Assembly (NCBI RefSeq): GCF_006345805.1
Contig: NC_042997.1
Location: 83,452,001 to 83,516,000, forward strand
Direction: 5' to 3'
From: Octopus sinensis
Taxonomy: Eukaryota
Length of the DNA stretch: 64,000 nucleotides
This document shows, one piece after another, positions 12,465 to 24,600 of the stretch (positions within the stretch are counted from its first letter, which is position 1; each line of letters begins with the position of its first letter). The position numbers and the translations under genes are program-made. The notes beneath the pieces are model-generated. The model saw nothing but the letters and a program-made list of their open reading frames with translations. It was not told the DNA's origin and did not search any database.

Positions 12465-14220
12465 CAGTGCTTCTCAAACTATCTGATACGGCATACCAGC
12501 AGTTTTTTTTTTTTCCAGCGGGACGCAGGGTTGCTCTTAAATACAAAGACCCACCCAGGTGAAGAATGTACCTCCCCCCGCCAGCATAGGTTAGTCATTA
12601 GTGACTTTAGGCTCGACGCTAGAAGCAGACCTTTTATGCTCGATCTGTAGAAAAGGTGTAGGTAGAAATTCCAGAAGATGTACTCAGTGTAAGCTATGGA
12701 CACATAAGAGGTGCAGCAACATCAAAGGAAAATTAACTGAGAAGATAGCTTTCATGTGCGGCAGATGCATAGAGGCAATAGACACCACAGATTCTCAGAA
12801 AACAGATTCTATCACACTCCAGGGGGAGAAACTAGAAGTAGTTGATAGTTTCTGCTATCTAGGTGACTAAGTTAGTAGTGGAGATGGATGCTCAGAGAGT
12901 GTCACCACTAGAATAAGAATAGCCTGGGCAAAGTTTAGAAAGCTCTTACCACTACTGATGACAAAGGGTCTCTCGCTCAGAGTGAAAGATAGATTGTACG
13001 ATGCATGTGTGCGAACTGCCATGATTCATGGTAGTGAAACATGGGCTATGACTGCAGAGGACATGAAAGAAATGAAGCTAGCATGATCTGCTGGATGTGT
13101 AATGTCAGTGTGCACGCACGACAGAGTGTAAGCACCCTGAGAGAAATGCTGGACCTAAGAAGCATCAGATGTGTGCAAGAGAGACGTTTGCGCTGGTATG
13201 GTCATGTACTACGGATGGATGAGGAGAGATGTGTGAAGAAGTGCCACTCCCAAACAGTTGAAGGTATCAGGGGGAGAGGTAGACATAGGAAGACATGGGA
13301 TGAGGTAGTCAAGCATGACCTTCGAACATTGGGCCTCACAGTGGCAATGAGGAAAGACCGAGTTCTCTGGAGATATGCTGTGACTGCAAAGATCCGGGCT
13401 GCTTCCTGCACCAGTTTCACATAGCCCCAGCCCAACCAAGTACCTTGGATTGCAGAACAACCTGCTGTGCTTACCTTGGATTGTAGAGTGATCTGCTGTG
13501 CTTGTGGAGACCTATTGAGTCAAGTACATCAATATCAATATCAAATGGAAATTGTAGTTACGATACCTGTGCCGGCAGCATGTAAAAAGCACCATCTGAA
13601 TGTGGCCGATGCAAGCTCCGCTTTGACTGGCTTCTGTGCCGGTGGCACATGTCCTGCTATGCTTGAGGAGACCTATTGAGTCAAGTGCATCAACATCAAA
13701 ATAAATATCAAATGGAAATTGTAGTTGTGATACCTGTGCTGGTGGCACGTAAAAAGCACCATTCGAACGTGGCCGATGCCAGCGCCGCCTTGACTGGCTT
13801 CTGTGCCGGTGGCGCGTAAAAAGCACCCACTACACTCACGGAGTGGTTGGCGTTAGGAAGGGCATCCAGCTGTAGAAACATTGCCAGATAAGACTGGAGC
13901 CTGGTGCAGCCCCCTGGCTTCCCAGACCCCGGTCGAACCGTCCAACCCATGGAAAACGGACGTTAAACGATGAAGAGAAGAGAGTGCCAGGGACTGGTAA
14001 TATTTCTTAATAATATTAATTTATACCGGAAATAATATATATAATGGATATAATAAAAGTTGACAATTTTTTTTATCTTATATTTTTTTTGTAAACAAAT
14101 AGTACAATATTACATAAGCATTTTATAATGTTTCTTTTTTTCTGGAAACTCTCTGCATACCAGCAGCTGATGACTCACAGACCATTGCTGGTCCGCAGAC
14201 CACCACTTTGAGTAGCACTG
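12465..14220. mobile_element. Non-autonomous hAT (Charlie-like) element with 8-bp TSD
   Basis: Left TIR CAGTGCTTCTCAAACT at 12465; right TIR (reverse complement CAGTGCTACTCAAAGT) ends at 14220; GTCTAAAT flanks both sides (12457-12464, 14221-14228). Confidence 0.85.
12515..13980 (+). mobile_element. Internally deleted RTE LINE nested in the hAT element
   Basis: End of the endonuclease (NTKTHPGEEC..QHRLVISDFR) is joined to the post-RT CSICRKGVGRNS region; LRWYGHVLRMDEERCVKKC; RTE 3' tail. Homologous to 16101-19470. Confidence 0.9.
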
Positions 14221-15466
14221 GTCTAAATTATGCAAAAATGAAAATAAAATTAACATCTCATTTCAACAGATATATTTACCAAATTTACATAAAAATATCT
14301 TGAAATACTAAAGAGTAAATTTATTCAATAAAATCGTCATTGGCTTTGACTAGACAACTTCAGAATCTCTTGCAACTCTTCTAGATGGCCTCCTTGTCTA
14401 AGTTGGTGAATGCTGCCATAATCCTTCATCTTTGGTTGTGTTGGTCTCTCACTCAACTGTGCTTCACACATAATAATCAAGGGGTTGCAGTCTGGGGAGT
14501 TAAGTGGCCAGATGTTAAGGGTGATGTGGTTGCAGAAATTGTGACAGCCACGACTGGGTTTTCCTGCTTGTGTGGCATGGTGCAGATTCCTGCTGCCAGA
14601 CATAGGGTCTTCCAGCAGCCACCCTCTTGACCCAGGGCAGCACTACCTCCTCCAGGCACTTGATGTAGGCTTCTATGTTGAGTCTGAGCGATGTGGGAAG
14701 ATGAATGGAGACATACTGTTACCATCACTAGTGATCACTCCAAACACCATGATGTTGACTGGATGTTTGATTTTTATCACTCTTGGTACATGTTTTGGGG
14801 ACACAGCAAGCCAACAGTTGTTCTGTATGTTTGCCATCTGATCCTGACAGAAATTTTTCTCATCTGAGAAAAACCAAAGTATGTTCAGTTGGAGGGGATG
14901 CTTGAGTTTGTTCAAAAGCTTCGTAGCACAGTCTTTCCTCTTGTTCTTGATGGTTTGGGACAAAAATTGGCCCTTTCTCATCTTGTATGAAGAATACCAT
15001 GCACTACCTGCCTGATAAGAAACTCAGACACTCCCATGTCCCGGATGATAGACATGATTGACTTGGAGGGATCATTGTCAATCATGGCCTGGATCTCACC
15101 AACAAATTCAAGAGTTCTTTTCTTATCAGAATGATCAGAGTGAGTTTTCCAAGCTGCCATACCTTTGTAATCACCATTAGACCCATCCAGCTCTTTCTGA
15201 ATCCTCTGTACTGTCCTCAGATTGACACCCAAACACTCTAAAATATTCATATTAGAGCTTCTGGTATGAATGCCAAGCAGTACAGCATGTCATTTCCAAA
15301 TTTCTGGCAGAGTGAGTAGTGTCATGGTGCTGGTTTTCTCACAGACGGTGCCCAACTGACCTTACTATGCTGTGTAGTTGACAAAATGAAAAACAAACAA
15401 TGAACATGCATGAAATTAAAAATATAGAATGCCAACAATTTACCACCACCCCTGTGTATATATATA

Positions 15467-16100
15467 TTAGGTTGTTCTGAAAATAATGGCTGATTTCAGA
15501 AACAATTTTATTTTGGAAAAATTAACAATAGAAATATTTTGATTAGTCAAAGTGAACATCTATGTGTCTTTGCCATTGATCAATGAGATTATTTATGCCT
15601 CGTTGATAAAAACTTATTGGCTTTGATGCTAAGAAATCTTTGAAAGCTGATTCTGGTTTGGACCTGAATGTTTTATTACTTAAAAACATGTTTAAATGAT
15701 TAAAAAAAGTGGGTGAAAGATCAGGAGAATATGGTGGATGTGGTAAAGTGTCATATTCAAAGTCTGTGAGTTTCTGCAGCACCATTCTTGCAACATGTGG
15801 CTTTGCATTATCGTGGAGCAAAATTGGGCCACACCAATTCACCAATGCAGGTCTCATTTTTTGCAAGTGAGCATGCATTTTAGCGAGTTGATTGCAGTAA
15901 ACCTCTGTTGTAATGCTCTGATTGGCTTCCAGAAAGCTGTAATGGACAACACCAATTGCAGACCACTAGACAGTCACCATAAGCTTTTACTAATGCAACT
16001 TTAGCTTTGAGAAATGTTTGGAGTCTCATCACGATCAAGCCATTGACTTGATCTTTTATGGTTATCATAAAGGATTCACTTTCCATCACAAGTGACTATT
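15467..16100 (-). mobile_element. Mariner transposase 3' fragment
   Basis: ORF 15543-15878 has ILLHDNAKPH and HPPYSPDLSP; TA-flanked end TTAGGTTG at 15467; truncated by the RTE insertion. Confidence 0.85.
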
Positions 16101-19100
16101 CATCATCATCATCATCATCGTTTAACGTCCGCTTTCCATGCTAGCATGGGTTGGACGGTTCAACTGGGGTCTGGGGAGCCCGAAGGCTGCACCAGGCCAG
16201 TCAGATCTGGCAGTGTTTCTACAGCTGAATGCCCTTCCTAACGCCAACCACTCCGAGAGTGTAGTGGGTGATTTTATGTGCCACCGACACAGGTGCCAGA
16301 CGAGGCTGGCGAACGGCCACGCTCGGATGGTGTTTTTTATGTGCCACCGACACAGGTGCCAGACGAGGCTGGCAGATGGCCACGCTCGGATGGTGTTTTT
16401 TATGTGCCGACACAGGTGCCAGACGAGGCTGGCAGATGGCCACGCTTGGATGGTGTTTTTTATGTGCCACCGACACAGGTGCCAGATGAGGCTGGCAGAC
16501 GGCCACACTCGGATGGTGTTTTTTATGTGCCACCGACACAGGTGCCAGACGAGGCTGGCGAACGGCCACGATCGGATGGTGTTTGTTACGCGCCCACAGC
16601 ACGGAGGCCAGTCGATGCGGTACTGGCTACGGCCATGTTCGGATGTTTTTCTTATGTGCCACCGGCACTGGTACCACAAAGATACAAATTCCATTGATGT
16701 TCATCTATTTTGATTTGGTTTGATTTTCACTTGCCTCAACAGGTCTTCACAAGTGTCACAAGAAGGAAGGTATGCACAGGTGGACTGACTACGTCCCAGG
16801 TAGGGGCCACGGGTTATGGCTTCACTAGTCTTGCCGGGTCTTCTCACGCACAGCATACTTCCATAGGTCTCAGTCTCTAGTCATTTCCATGGTGAGACCT
16901 AAAGTTCGAAGGTTGTGCTTCACCACCTCGTCCCAGGTTTTCCTGGGTCTACCTCTTCCACGGGTCCCCTCAACTGCTAGGGATTGGCACTTTCTCACAC
17001 ACCTATCTTCATCCATTCTCGCCACATGACCATACCAGCGCAATCGTCTCTCTTGCACACCACAACTGATGCTTCTTAGGTACAACATTTCTCTCAAGGT
17101 ACTAACGCTCTGTCGAGTAAGTACACTGGCATTACACATCCATCGGAGCATACTGGCTTCATTCCTCATGAGCTTACACATATCCTCAGCAGTCACGGCC
17201 CATGTTTCACTGCCATGTAGCATGGCAGTTCGTACACATGCATCATACAGTCTGCCTTTTACTCTGAGCAAGAGGCCTTTAGTCACCAGCAGAGGTAAGA
17301 GCTCCCTAAACTTTGCCCAGGCTATTCTTATTCTAGCAGTTACACTTTCAGTGCACCCACCCCCACTACTGACTTGGTCACCTAGATAACGGAAGCTATC
17401 AACTACTTCTAGTTTTTCTCCCTGGAAAGTGACGGAAGTTGTTTTCTGCAGATTTTCGGAGGTCAATGCTCCCGAGCATCTGCCACATACAAAAACTATC
17501 TTCCCAGTTAGCCTTCCTTTGACATTGCTGCACCTCTTATGTGTCCATCTTATAGAGTTTCTACCTACACCTTTTCTACAGATTGAGCAGGGCCATCTTC
17601 CTGAAGACATTTGTGGATTGTCTACCTTTCTACTTATTAGTACTTTGGTTTTAGCTAGGTTGACTCTAAGGCCCCTTGATTCTAAACCCTCCTTCCACAC
17701 CTGGAACTTCTCCTCCAGTTCTGATAGTGACTCAGCAATTAGAGCAAGGTCGTCAGCATAGAGGAGCTCCCAGGGGCAACCTGTCTTGAATTCCTCCGCA
17801 ATTGCCTGGAGGACTATGATAAATAGGAGAGGGCTGAGTACTGAACCCTCGTGGACCCCAACCTCTACTTTGAATTCTTCTGTGTACATGTTGCCAACCC
17901 TAACCTTACTTACGGCATCTCTGTACATGGCTTGCACAGCCCTCACCAGCCATTCATCTATCCCTAGTTTCCTCATTGACCACCAGATGAGGGATCGGGG
18001 GACCCTATCAAAGGCTTTCTCCATGTCAACGAAAGCCAGGTACAGGGGCTTATCTTTGGCTAGGTATTTCTCCTGCAGCTGCCTTACCAGGAATATAGCA
18101 TCAGTGGTGCTTTTCCCTGGCACGAACCCAAACTGCATCTCATCTAAACTAACTCTCTCTCTAATTAGTTGGGCTATGACCCTCTCTGTAACCTTCATTA
18201 CCTGATCCAACAGCTTGATACCTCTGTAATTATTTGTATCTAGGGCATCACCTTTACCTTTGTAGCAGTTGACTAGTATGATGCTACACCAGTCATTGGG
18301 TATGACTCCTTCGTGTATCACCTGGTTGACTATACGGGTGACTAGGTTATAGCCGACACTGCCAGATATTTTGAGCATCTCTGCAGTAATTCCTGATGGG
18401 CCTGGGGCTTTCCCTGTCTTCATGCTTCTAATTGCCTTAACTACCACGGAACTATCAACTCGGATAGCTGGTTCCTCTGTTGGGTCAACATTCGGCAGAC
18501 TCTCTTTATCCCATTCATTTTCTTTATTCAGCAACCTTTCATAGTGGCATCTCCAAACCTCTCTCTTTGCATCCTCATTTAGCGCACACTTCTCTCCTAC
18601 CACATTACGATTCTCTCTCACACACTGTCTTGCAACACGAAATACCTCAAGTCTTTCATCCTCACGGCTCAGAACATTGACAAATTTTTTCTTATCCGCT
18701 TCCCCTCTGGCTAAATAAACCTGTCTCCTAGCTTCCCTTCTGGCTGTCTGATACAATTCCCTGCTACCACCGTTCTTCCAGTCCTTCCAAGCCTGTCTCT
18801 TTTGTCTAATAGCCCTGTCAACCACAGTGTTCCACCACCATGTTACTCTGGGTCGAGATGGTACTTTGCTCCATCCACAGATCTGGTCAGTGGCTGTCAG
18901 CAGATTGTCCCGTAGAAATCTCCAGTTGTCTTCCACATTAAGTGAAGCTATATCCCCTTCTATTTCGTCAAAGGCTTCGAGTAGTATGTCTCTAAATCTC
19001 TGTCCATTTGCAGGATCTTTAAGCTTCCAGACCCTTCTCCTCCAAGCTGGTCTTCTTCTGGGCAACCATTTAGCTCCGATCCTGAAGTCACTAACTACTA

Positions 19101-19470
19101 ATCTATGTTGAGGAGTACATTCTTCGCCTGGAAAGGTTTTGGCATTTATAATCAGCTCTCTTTCCTTTTTTCTGGCAAGGATGTAGTCAATCTGGCTGGT
19201 GGGTCTGCCAGAACGGTAGGTGACTAGGTGAGAGGTGGGTTTCCTGAAGTTGGTATTGCAGACCATAAGGTCATTTGCATCGCAGAACTCCAGCAGCCTG
19301 GTTCCCTCCTCATTACGAGAGCCAAAACCGTAGCCTCCATGGACGCCCCCGACATGCCGTCCAACATGTCCATTGAAATCACCTGCCACGAAGAGAAGGT
19401 CACTGTCATTTGTCAACGAGGTAGTCTGCAATAGGGTGTCATACAAGAAAAGGATAATTTGTGTTTCACA
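16101..19470 (-). mobile_element. RTE-clade LINE, 5'-truncated, long ORF2 (partial APE endonuclease, RT, zinc-finger region)
   Basis: 858-aa ORF 16870-19446 has VAGDFNGHVG, QIDYIL, QFGFVPGKSTTD, FVDMEKAFDRV, GVHEGSVLSPLLF and LLYADD; 3' tail ends in (GAT)n at about 16101. Damage: QG changed to EG in RT motif B, and TGA at a likely Arg codon near 16870. Confidence 0.95.
16276..16587. repeat. 63-bp minisatellite, 5 units, in the RTE 3' UTR
   Basis: Unit ATGTGCCACCGACACAGGTGCCAGACGAGGCTGGC...GGATGGTGTTTTTT starts at 16276, 16339, 16402 (60 bp), 16462 and 16525. Confidence 0.9.
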
Positions 19471-19473
19471 GAA

Positions 19474-19831
19474 AGAGCATCAAGCACTACCAGATCAGAC
19501 AGGAGCCTGGTGCAGCCCCCTGGCTTCCCAGACCCCAGTCAAACCGTCCAACCCATGCTAGCACAGAAAACGGAGAAGAAGAGAGTGCCAGGGACTGGTA
19601 AAATATTTCTTAGTAACATTAATTTATACTGGAAAGAATATATATAATGACTATAATAAAAGTTGACAATTTGCTTTATCTTATATTTATTTTGTAAACA
19701 AATAATACAATATTACATAAGCATTTTATACTGTTTCTTTTTTTCTGGAAACTCTTCGTGTACTGGCAGCTGATAGCTCGCAAACTGTTGCCAGTCTGCA
19801 GACTAACACTTTGAGAAGCACTGGTCTAAAT
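19474..19831 (+). mobile_element. Second copy of RTE tail, hAT right arm and GTCTAAAT
   Basis: Colinear with about 13860-14228, including the RTE/hAT junction AGAAGAGAGTGCCAGGGACTGG; TIR ends at 19823 and GTCTAAAT is at 19824-19831. Confidence 0.85.
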
Positions 19832-20109
19832 ATATGTATTGAGCTGTGTAGCCTCATGGTTAGATGGCTGCACTCATGATCACAAGATCACGGTTTCAAT
19901 TTCTGGACTGGACAGTGCATTGTGTTGCTGTTCAAAACATTTTGTTTCATCTTGCTCTATTTCACTAGTCTGTAAACAAATAACCCTGCATTGGACTGGT
20001 GTCACATTCTGATCGAGTGTTCTAATCTCATTCACTTATACACCTTGGAAACTGTATAATTGGTACCGTGAGTTCTAAGACTGAAGACAGTGCTGCCTAA
20101 GGATTGATG

Positions 20110-20400
20110 ATATGTATGTGTGTGTGTTTGTGTATACATATGTACATATGTATGAATGAATGGATGTACATAAAATCATATGATTGTATGAGTGTGCATA
20201 TATGTATCTGTATGTACATATGTATGTATGTATGTATGTACATATGTATGGATGGATGTACATACATAATATATGTGTGTATGTATGTATGCATGTACAT
20301 ATGTACATGTATGTATGGATGGCTGTACATACGTACATATGTATTATGTATGCATGTACATATGTATGTATGTATCTATGTGTGTGTGTATGTATGTATT
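20110..20400. repeat. Degenerate (ATGT)n microsatellite
   Basis: Read directly from the sequence. Confidence 0.9.
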
Positions 20401-21439
20401 TTTAAAAACAAATACAGTTAAGTTAATATCGAAACAGTTTGAGTCAAAGGTTAAAGCCATGAAAGATAAAATTATACAGTTTTATATTAGAACATTTGCA
20501 ACTGTATACCTTGATCTTGTTATCTGTGCATCTGATTCTCCTTATCTTTTCATATAGCCTTAATCACCACTGGAGCTTATATTACATGTGAATGTGTGTG
20601 TTTATACATATATGTGTGTGTTCATGTATACATATATGTTTGTGTTTATATAGATATATAATCCTCCTTCTTTCTTTCCTTTCCTGAGCGTCCAATAACA
20701 CTATACTTATTCCACATCCTCACATTGTTGTATTTTCTCTTTGTTCATGTTTGGATTAACTATATATATATATATATATACATATACTCATTACAGATAT
20801 AGGGTAAAGAATTATTAATTTAATAATTGATAAATTTTACCAAGTAGTTTCAGTATGGAAAGAGAACCATTATCAGTAGAAACTTTTATGAAAAGTTTTT
20901 TTTTATATATATTCAAATATAATTAAGGGTTTAGCAACAAGTTGCTTCACCACATACTGAAAATTTAGAAATAGCAGCCAAAGACAGCTAATTCCTAATT
21001 TCTCAAAATATTACGTTGATGACGGAAATGAATTGGTATAATTCTAATCTAGAAATGCGTCCATAATTAATCGAAGACTGTTTGATTTCGTTATTCTTTA
21101 TTCTTTTTGCCTATGTGGGTTATAAATATTAGCTGTGGAGTTATATCTGTAGTGAAAAGGAATTAGCTGTCTTTGGCTGCTATTTCTAAATTTTCGGTAT
21201 GTGGTGAAGCAACGTGTTGCTAAGCCCTTAATTATATATAATTATATACACACACACACTAATATAAACAATGCCAGAAGTTCTGAAACTTTTTTAGGAG
21301 AGGTAGTTATAATTATCCTAGAGTATTGTAATTTTTGTATATCATTACTTTGCATCTAATAAGCTGACCTGCCAGTTTTTGTTATACTAGTTTGAAAGAG
21401 ATGGCTGTAACAGCATTTTGAACACAACCTATTAAACAT

Positions 21440-21740
21440 ACTTGTCACAGCTGACTAGTCTGCAGAATGCAGTGTAAATGTGAAGACAACTTAGAAGCTC
21501 ACTATGTAATAAAGTTTTATGTTAAACTGGGCAAAAATGCTACAAAAACTTATGGAATACCCTAGACTGCATATGAATTAACTTGTATGAGCTGAGCATC
21601 TGTTTATTTGCTGGCACAAGAGCCTAAGCAAAGCAAATCCACTGGAAGCTCATGACTATACCCTTTGATGGCAAGTGTATTGTGTACATTCACTGAGTTC
21701 CCTCTAGCCAGATGATCAACAAAGAATACCAAAAAACCAC
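21440..21740 (+). mobile_element. Mariner relic
   Basis: IKFYVKLGKNATKTYG-like N-terminus and FDGKCIV...QMINKEY-like segment, heavily decayed. Confidence 0.5.
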
Positions 21741-21769
21741 CTTGAAGCAAGCTCTGCTTCTCCCATAGT

Positions 21770-22300
21770 CAACTTGGTGTCCTTCTGCCAACTAGTTTCT
21801 GTTATATCTAATATGTCTAATATGTTAAAGGCTCTGTAGAGGGGCTGGCCTGCAAACCCTCTTTGATCCACTTCAATGGAATCATACCTTGCTTGCCACC
21901 CATTGTTTCAACATAATTTCATCAATTCATCATATTTCACTTGTTTGCCTTCTCAGTATGACCTTACCAAAGAGTGGAGTTTTCTAATAAACCACCGAAT
22001 TAGATGATTCCAAGATCATGTCTAACTTCAGTAATGTTGAGACAACAGTATTTGGGAACTTTACTAGATTGACTTTCAACTTTGGCAATAATGGTCAAAT
22101 CTACAGCAATTACGACATTAATTTGAAATACTGATATCTCTTATAACATTGTGCATGGCTCAAACAATCCTCACTATAGGTCTGTTGTTATTTGAAACCA
22201 AATTTGACACAAACAAGTTGTCCTTCATAATCCTTCAACAAATCAGCTAATGAACTAAACATACATTCTCTCAAGCTATGATGTGGCGTAATGTGATTAT
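21770..22300 (-). mobile_element. REL-endonuclease LINE relic (HERO-like C-terminus)
   Basis: Minus strand reads KQVKYDELMKLC*NNGWQARYDSIEVDQRGFAGQPLYRAFNIL, like the K..KY.EL...GW....EVG.RGFAG motif. Confidence 0.55.
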
Positions 22301-22789
22301 TATTAGATAGAAAGTTAAGGTCACCATATACAGCACTATATTCATAAGCATGCTGTACAGCTAACTGGTTGGTGTGCTGTTTTAAAGGTCTGTTTTTACT
22401 TTCTTTTTGCTTTTGGACAGACCACTTATTCAATGTGGCATCAAATTACTTATTTTACATTATAATTTCCAAAAGAGCTACAGTCAAGTATTTTATATAT
22501 TGCCTAATAACATTGATGAACAATGTAGCAGTGTGTAAAATAGAGGAAAAGAAATCTCACAACTGCAAGCTTTTTTTTTAACTCTTTAACTTGTTTCAGT
22601 TATTGATTGCAGCCATACTGGAGCATCACATAGTAGTTGGTAAGTCAAACGAATCAGCCCTGGTACTTGTTTTTTTAAAAGTTTAATATTTATTCTATTG
22701 ATCTATTCTGCTGAACTGCTAAGTTATGGGGATGTAAACAAGTCAATACCCATTGACAAGTAGTGAGGAGACAAGCACACACATCAATA

Positions 22790-23005
22790 CACACACCATG
22801 CATACATACATACACATATGCATGCATGCATAGATACATGCACATGTACATATGTACATGCATACATATATGCATACATACATAAATACATACATACATG
22901 CATAAATACATACATACATACATACATACATACATACATACATACATACTACATACATACATACATACATACATACATACATACATACATACATACATAC
23001 ATACA
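22790..23005. repeat. (TACA)n microsatellite
   Basis: Read directly from the sequence. Confidence 0.95.
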
Positions 23006-23149
23006 TGTTGCTATATGATTGTGAAAAGAGAGAAAACTGTAAACCAGTGCAGCAACATCTCCATCATTTACTTAACTGTTTCCCTTAGATCTGATTAGGA
23101 ATATTACAGGTATGTAGGGGTGGGTGAAAACATATATTACAATGGTACC

Positions 23150-24600
23150 TGTAGCAAAACACATGTCACTAAAAAATATTACAGCTGAATAAAGAAACTT
23201 TGTACCTCAGAACTCTCTGCATTCAATAAAACAGTGGCCCACAATGTTTTTGCAGTGCCAGTACTGATACTAACATTTGGGCTGCTTGATTAGGTACTTA
23301 ATAAAATCTGATGTGAAAACCTGGAAGATACTAACAAGTGCACATAATTTCCACATCAACAGTGACATAGACTGCCTCTGCCTAAGATGAAAACAAGGAG
23401 GCAGAGGCTTAACATTGATCCAAGCTACCTTTAAATGTCATATCATATGCCTTCAGCAACATGTTTTAACCACCAAGTGTTGGAGTGCATCCCTTGATCA
23501 AGTTTGCATACATGAGACTAATAACATCATAAGACTTGGAAGGCAACCTTAAATACATGCCCAAAGAAATCACACAACTCTACCGTAACACACCATCAGA
23601 TGAAAGGATGTGCGTATACGAGCAGAAGATCATGCATGGATTTATTAGTAGAAAACTCTAAGATGATTGTAACATTGAACATTAAAGCAGGCTTTCATGG
23701 ACCATCAACCAGATTACAACCTCCCACTTTGAAGGGTATGTGTTAGCAATCCGGGAACAGGAAATATCAACTAAGTACCTGATGCACAAATGGGACAGCT
23801 ACAGGAAAAGCAGTAAAAGGAGACAATTGATGCAGACTTTGTGGAGTTAACACTGAAGATATCACCCACATCATAAGCAGTTGCCTGAGAATGTAATCAT
23901 GGTATTATCTACTGATGAGACAAGATGTTGTAGCTAGGACACTATATAATGAAATCCATTAGAAGGATAACCCCGATGACAAAGAAATAAGAATCCACTG
24001 CATGGTTATAGCCACTCATAATAAAAAGAAGTACTGGTGGAATGTCCCAGTGAAAACCTCCATAAAATGTAAACACAATAGACCTGATATAATGATTATG
24101 GATAGAGAAGAGAAATTGTGTACAGTTGTGGAAATCAGCTGTCTAGTGGATGTTAACATAGAGCTGAAGATCAGTGAAAAGGGGAACACCTATACTGAAC
24201 TATTGAGAAATTTGAAGATACTCTATCCAGATCACAAGTTCAGGTTTATACCTGCAATTATTGGGGCACTGGGATATGTGATACACTGCCTAAATACCAA
24301 TCTTGAGAAATTAGGCTTCTCAAAACCAGAAAGGAGAAAGCTGATTTGAAGACTACAGATCCAAGCCATTGCTGGAACTGTAAAACTCTCCAGAAGCTTA
24401 CCATTTAAATATGTATGAGCATGTCTAGACATGCAAGTATATGCATGAGAATACACACATAAAAACAAAACATACAAATCTACCCGTATACATACATGCA
24501 AAAATATCCTGTTGGTGTTTTTGAAATTTCAATGCAGGAACCTTAGATCTAGGTTAAAAACTGACTCTTTCTCTATTGACAAAAATTCTTGAAATAAAAC
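23150..24600 (+). mobile_element. REL-endonuclease LINE 3' fragment (R4/NeSL-type), decayed
   Basis: CCHC knuckle CRLCGVNTEDITHIISSC at 23831-23884; ORF 24002-24349 has HNRPDIMI, VEIS and PAIIGALG. Confidence 0.8.

Larger units (their letters stand above)
12438..15456 (-). mobile_element. Tc1/mariner DNA transposon (probably DD37D/maT type), decayed and interrupted by a hAT element
   Basis: ORFs 14978-15250, 14673-14981 and 14337-14603 carry WFFSDEKNF, VMVFGVITSDG and WPLNSPDCNPL; loosely similar TA-flanked ends CA(A/G)GG(G)TG at 12438 and 15451-15456; body resumes at 14229. Confidence 0.75.

Noticed and set aside
16122-16713. Overlapping ORFs with 21-aa repeats; superficially CRISPR-like array
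   Set aside because: Head-to-tail 63-bp units with no unique spacers, inside an RTE 3' UTR; no cas genes; eukaryotic context.
17069-19434. Plus-strand ORFs opposite the RTE ORF2
   Set aside because: Antisense shadow frames of a coding sequence.
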